Source: Acidimicrobiia bacterium
GTDB taxonomy: Bacteria > Actinomycetota > Acidimicrobiia > IMCC26256 > PALSA-555
Assembly (NCBI GenBank): GCA_038904515.1
Contig: JBCKKA010000004.1
Coordinates: forward strand, 1-53,179
Direction of reading: 5' to 3'
Length of the DNA stretch: 53,179 bases
Below the pieces are notes generated by a model. It ran no database searches. It was not told where the DNA came from and saw only the letters and a list, made by a program, of their open reading frames with translations. Of this stretch, positions 49,766 to 53,179 are shown piece after piece. Numbering within the stretch: the stretch's first letter is position 1; each line of letters begins with the position of its first letter. The position numbers and the translations under genes were made by a program.

Positions 49766-50650
49766 ATCAAACCCATTACGCGTAATCACCCCATTACCGC
49801 TTTTGTGTTGTCGGGCGGCGGGAACCGTGGCATTGCTCAAGTTGGGATGCTGCGAGCGCTGTTAGAGCACGACATCATGCCCGATGTCGTTATTGGCACT
49901 TCGGTCGGAGCGCTCAACGGCGCGGTCCTCGCCCACCAGCCCAATCTGACCGCCATTGACCATCTGGCTAAGACTTGGATTGGGCTCAGTCGAGAATCGG
50001 TTTTTCCGGGCACCGCGTTGAGCCGGATGTGGAATATCTTGCGGCGCGACGACCACCTCGTGGCCAGCACCGGTTTAGCCGAGTTGATCAGTGCTGTTTC
50101 GCCGGCCGCGACTTTCGCCGAGCTCCAGATTCCGTTACGAGTGGTGACCACCGATTTGGAAACGGGGCAGGAATGCGTATTGGTGCGCGGACCACTAGCG
50201 CCGAGCCTGCTCGCGAGCAGCTCCCTGCCCGGAATCTTCCCCCCCGTCGATCTTCATCACCGCACCTTGGTCGATGGCGGCGTAGTTAATTTAGTGCCAA
50301 TTTCTCACGCGCTGGCGGGTCCCATCGACCGAGTTATCGTGCTCGACATTTCTGACCCTATGCGCAATCGATTAATTCGTTCACCGCTCGATGTTGCGAT
50401 GCGCGCGTTTGCGATCTCGCGTGATCAACGCTTCGAAATAGACCGCCAATGGATACCTGCTGATATCGATCTAATCATTTTACCTGCGCCCGATGATTCG
50501 CGGGACTTTTACGACTTTGATGGGGGCGAGCAAATCCTCGACGACGCTTACAATTTGGCTAGTGCCGAACTTGATAACTACCAAACGCGTCTCCGCGTGA
50601 AAAAATCGGCCAATAGACGATGGTGGTCACGCTGGCGTTTCGCCGGCTAG
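49766..50650 (+). CDS. Patatin-like phospholipase (start probably upstream of the track's GTG at 49805)
   Basis: TAFVLSGGGNRG, GTSVG, DGG motifs; GGGGAGG SD at 49754-49760. Confidence 0.88.
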   Translation: MKPITRNHPITAFVLSGGGNRGIAQVGMLRALLEHDIMPDVVIGTSVGALNGAVLAHQPNLTAIDHLAKTWIGLSRESVFPGTALSRMWNILRRDDHLVASTGLAELISAVSPAATFAELQIPLRVVTTDLETGQECVLVRGPLAPSLLASSSLPGIFPPVDLHHRTLVDGGVVNLVPISHALAGPIDRVIVLDISDPMRNRLIRSPLDVAMRAFAISRDQRFEIDRQWIPADIDLIILPAPDDSRDFYDFDGGEQILDDAYNLASAELDNYQTRLRVKKSANRRWWSRWRFAG

Positions 50651-50661
50651 TGCCGGCTAAT
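50642..50661. repeat. 10-bp duplication spanning the patatin stop codon
   Basis: GCCGGCTAGT GCCGGCTAAT. Confidence 0.6.
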
Positions 50662-50667
50662 GTTGGA

Positions 50668-52317
50668 TTAACTCTGGGGTCGTAGGCGGCGGTAACGGCG
50701 TAGAAGTGCGTTAGTCGATGAGTCGTGCGCGAGATCGGGTTCGGTAACCGAATCGAGTTCGGGAACAATCTCCATCGCCAACTTCTTGCCGAGTTCGACT
50801 CCCCACTGGTCGAAACTATTTATATTCCAGATCGCACCTTGAGTAAATACTTTGTGTTCGTAAATGGCAACTAATTGGCCGAGGGTATAGGGCGATAATT
50901 CAGAAACCAGAATTGAATTGGTCGGGTGATTGCCGGCAAAGGTCCGCGGTGGCACTTGCTCGGCGGGAACCCCTTCCGCCGCTACTTCTTCGGCGGTGCG
51001 GCCGAACGCTAGGGCCTGAGTTTGGGCGAGATAGTTAGCCAGCAAAAGGTTTTGATGGTCGCCGACGCGGTGGCGGGCGGCACAAAAACCGATGAAATCG
51101 CAAGGAATGATCTTCGTGCCCTGATGAATTAACTGGTAGTACGCGTGCTGACCGTTGGTGCCGGGTTGTCCCCAAACGATCGGGCCGGTTTGGTAATCAA
51201 CCGCGCGCCCTTCGCGATCTACCGATTTGCCATCGCTCTCCATATCGAGTTGTTGTAAATAAGTAGGAAAGTCGACGAGGTAATCGCTGTAGGGCAAGAC
51301 GGCTACGGTTTGCGCGCCAAAGAAGTTGTTGTACCAAATACCAATCAATCCCAGCAACATCGGGAGATTTGATTCGATTGGTTCGGTACGAAAATGTTCG
51401 TCGATCGTGCGAAATCCTTCGAGCATCGAACCAAATGCTTCGGGACCAATGGCAACCATGAGCGACAGCCCGACGGCTGAATCGAACGAATAACGCCCGC
51501 CAACCCAATCCCAAAACCCAAACATGTTGGCGGTATCGATACCAAACTCCGCCACCGCTTTAGCGTTAGTGGAAACAGCAACGAAGTGTTTAGCCACTGA
51601 CGCATCGTCACCCAGCGCGGCCAGCGACCACTCGCGCGCGCTGGCCGCGTTGGTCATGGTTTCTAAGGTGGTGAAAGTTTTGGATACGACAATGAACAGC
51701 GTCTCTTCGGGGTCGAGGTCGTGAGTGGCCTCCCAAAAATCGTTGCCGTCGACATTGGATACAAAACGAAAAGTCATCGACCGGTCGGTAAAATCAAGTA
51801 GCGCTTCGTTAGCCATACGCGGCCCTAAGTCGCTGCCACCGATGCCGATATTGATTACATTGCGAATTCGTTTCCCGGTGTGTCCTACCCACTCGCCCGA
51901 GCGAACCCGATTAGAGAACTCGGCCATACGATCGAGTACTGCGTGCACCTCGGGGACAACGTCAACGCCGTCCACCAAGATCTTTTCGTCGCGGGCGGCT
52001 CGCAAGGCCACATGCAATACCGCGCGCTGCTCGGTGATATTAATTTTCTCACCGGCAAACATGGCGTCGCGCAATTCTTCGACTCCCGCTCGGCGAGCCA
52101 GCGCAATTAGTTTCGTGATCGTTTCCGCGGTGAGCCGGTTTTTTGAATAGTCGAGGTAAAGATCGCCCGCCTCTACGACCAACTCTTCGCCCCGATTCGG
52201 ATCATCGGCAAATAAATCGCGCAAGTGAACTGAGCGCATCTTTTCGTAGTGGGCGAGCAGATTTTTCCACTCGGGCGTCGTGGTAATTACCGGAGGATTT
52301 TCAGCCGACTTAGACAA
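50668..52317 (-). CDS. pgi: Glucose-6-phosphate isomerase
   Basis: [39 protein letters not shown]. Confidence 0.97.
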   Translation of the reverse strand: MSKSAENPPVITTTPEWKNLLAHYEKMRSVHLRDLFADDPNRGEELVVEAGDLYLDYSKNRLTAETITKLIALARRAGVEELRDAMFAGEKINITEQRAVLHVALRAARDEKILVDGVDVVPEVHAVLDRMAEFSNRVRSGEWVGHTGKRIRNVINIGIGGSDLGPRMANEALLDFTDRSMTFRFVSNVDGNDFWEATHDLDPEETLFIVVSKTFTTLETMTNAASAREWSLAALGDDASVAKHFVAVSTNAKAVAEFGIDTANMFGFWDWVGGRYSFDSAVGLSLMVAIGPEAFGSMLEGFRTIDEHFRTEPIESNLPMLLGLIGIWYNNFFGAQTVAVLPYSDYLVDFPTYLQQLDMESDGKSVDREGRAVDYQTGPIVWGQPGTNGQHAYYQLIHQGTKIIPCDFIGFCAARHRVGDHQNLLLANYLAQTQALAFGRTAEEVAAEGVPAEQVPPRTFAGNHPTNSILVSELSPYTLGQLVAIYEHKVFTQGAIWNINSFDQWGVELGKKLAMEIVPELDSVTEPDLAHDSSTNALLRRYRRLRPQS

Positions 52318-53179
52318 ATGATGCCGCCTCTCGCACCCAATCGATTACTGGTCCCGGGACAATTCCCATGGCTAACACTACGAACGCGGCGGTGGCGATG
52401 ACCACGCCACTCCAACGATCGAGTGGCTGGTCGGCTACGGACGGGTCTTCGCTGGTGGTGGCGTCACGCGCGGGATCGGTAACGAGAGCTAACGCTATGC
52501 GTAAGTAAAAGAACATCGCGACCACCGCGACTATTACTCCGATAACCAGCAGTGCATAGCTGTCGGCCGCGGCCGCGGCCGCAAATATTTCTAGTTTGGC
52601 GATAAAGCCCCCCGTTAGCGGTATACCGGCCTGAGCCAGTAGGAAGAAAATCAATAAACCGCCGAGTACCGGACGGCGTAAAGCAAAGCCTCGGTAATCG
52701 TCGAGAGAATGGCGATCATCACCCGTTATCGACGCGATCATGATCACCGCAAAAGTTCCGATGGCCATGAAGGTATAGATGAACAGATAGAGCATGGCGG
52801 CTTCGCGTCCGCGCACCGTTCCGGTTTGGAAACCTATGAGGATGTAGCCCGCGTGGGCAATCGCCGAGTAGGCCAAGATTCGTTTTACATCGGTCTGCAC
52901 GAGCGCGGCCACGCTGCCCACCACCAGCGTAAGTACCGCCAACGCCCAAACTACGGGACGCCAATCGGTGCGATAGAGCGGGAAAGCAATGGTGAATACT
53001 CGAATTAAAACCGCAAAGGCTGCGGTTTTAGTGGCGGCGGCCATGAACGCGGTAACCGGAGTGGGCGCTCCTTCGTAAACATCGGGCGTCCAGAAATGAA
53101 ACGGAACCGCCGCCACCTTAAAACCCAGTCCAACGAGAACCAGCGCCATACCCGCGAGGAGCGTTCCTTGTTCAAATAA
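52310..53179 (-). CDS. nuoN: Second NADH-quinone oxidoreductase subunit N (5' end outside window)
   Basis: [48 protein letters not shown]. Confidence 0.92.
   Translation of the reverse strand, partial: LFEQGTLLAGMALVLVGLGFKVAAVPFHFWTPDVYEGAPTPVTAFMAAATKTAAFAVLIRVFTIAFPLYRTDWRPVVWALAVLTLVVGSVAALVQTDVKRILAYSAIAHAGYILIGFQTGTVRGREAAMLYLFIYTFMAIGTFAVIMIASITGDDRHSLDDYRGFALRRPVLGGLLIFFLLAQAGIPLTGGFIAKLEIFAAAAAADSYALLVIGVIVAVVAMFFYLRIALALVTDPARDATTSEDPSVADQPLDRWSGVVIATAAFVVLAMGIVPGPVIDWVREAASFV

Overview
A mostly housekeeping window from an actinobacterium, probably Acidimicrobiia-like (inferred from the RpoA, IF-1 and SecE N-termini and the RpoC coiled-coil insertion). Bases 1-34,083 are a contiguous minus-strand translation/transcription supercluster. 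In transcription order it runs tRNA-Thr, tRNA-Met, tuf, rpmG, tRNA-Trp, secE, nusG, rplKAJL, rpoBC, rpsLG, fusA, tuf, rpsJ, then the S10, spc and alpha operons, ending in a truncated rplQ. After it come a GNAT, tRNA-Tyr, yajQ, a HAD phosphatase, acs, a MidA/NDUFAF7-type methyltransferase, an 11-subunit complex I operon (nuoABCDHIJKLMN, no nuoEFG), a patatin, pgi and the 3' part of a second nuoN. I see no mobile element, CRISPR array or defence island, and I cannot claim a wholly new system. The best leads are: (1) short tandem duplications, often 15 bp x3, sitting on stop codons and gene ends; (2) tuf-tuf identity that runs past the stop codon into the starts of rpsJ and rpmG; (3) a structured 275-bp spacer separating rpsJ from rplC; (4) a forced CTG start for infA and a probable ATC start for the patatin; (5) a +1 frameshift in a G7 run in rplJ; (6) a MidA/NDUFAF7 homolog directly behind the N-module-less complex I operon.
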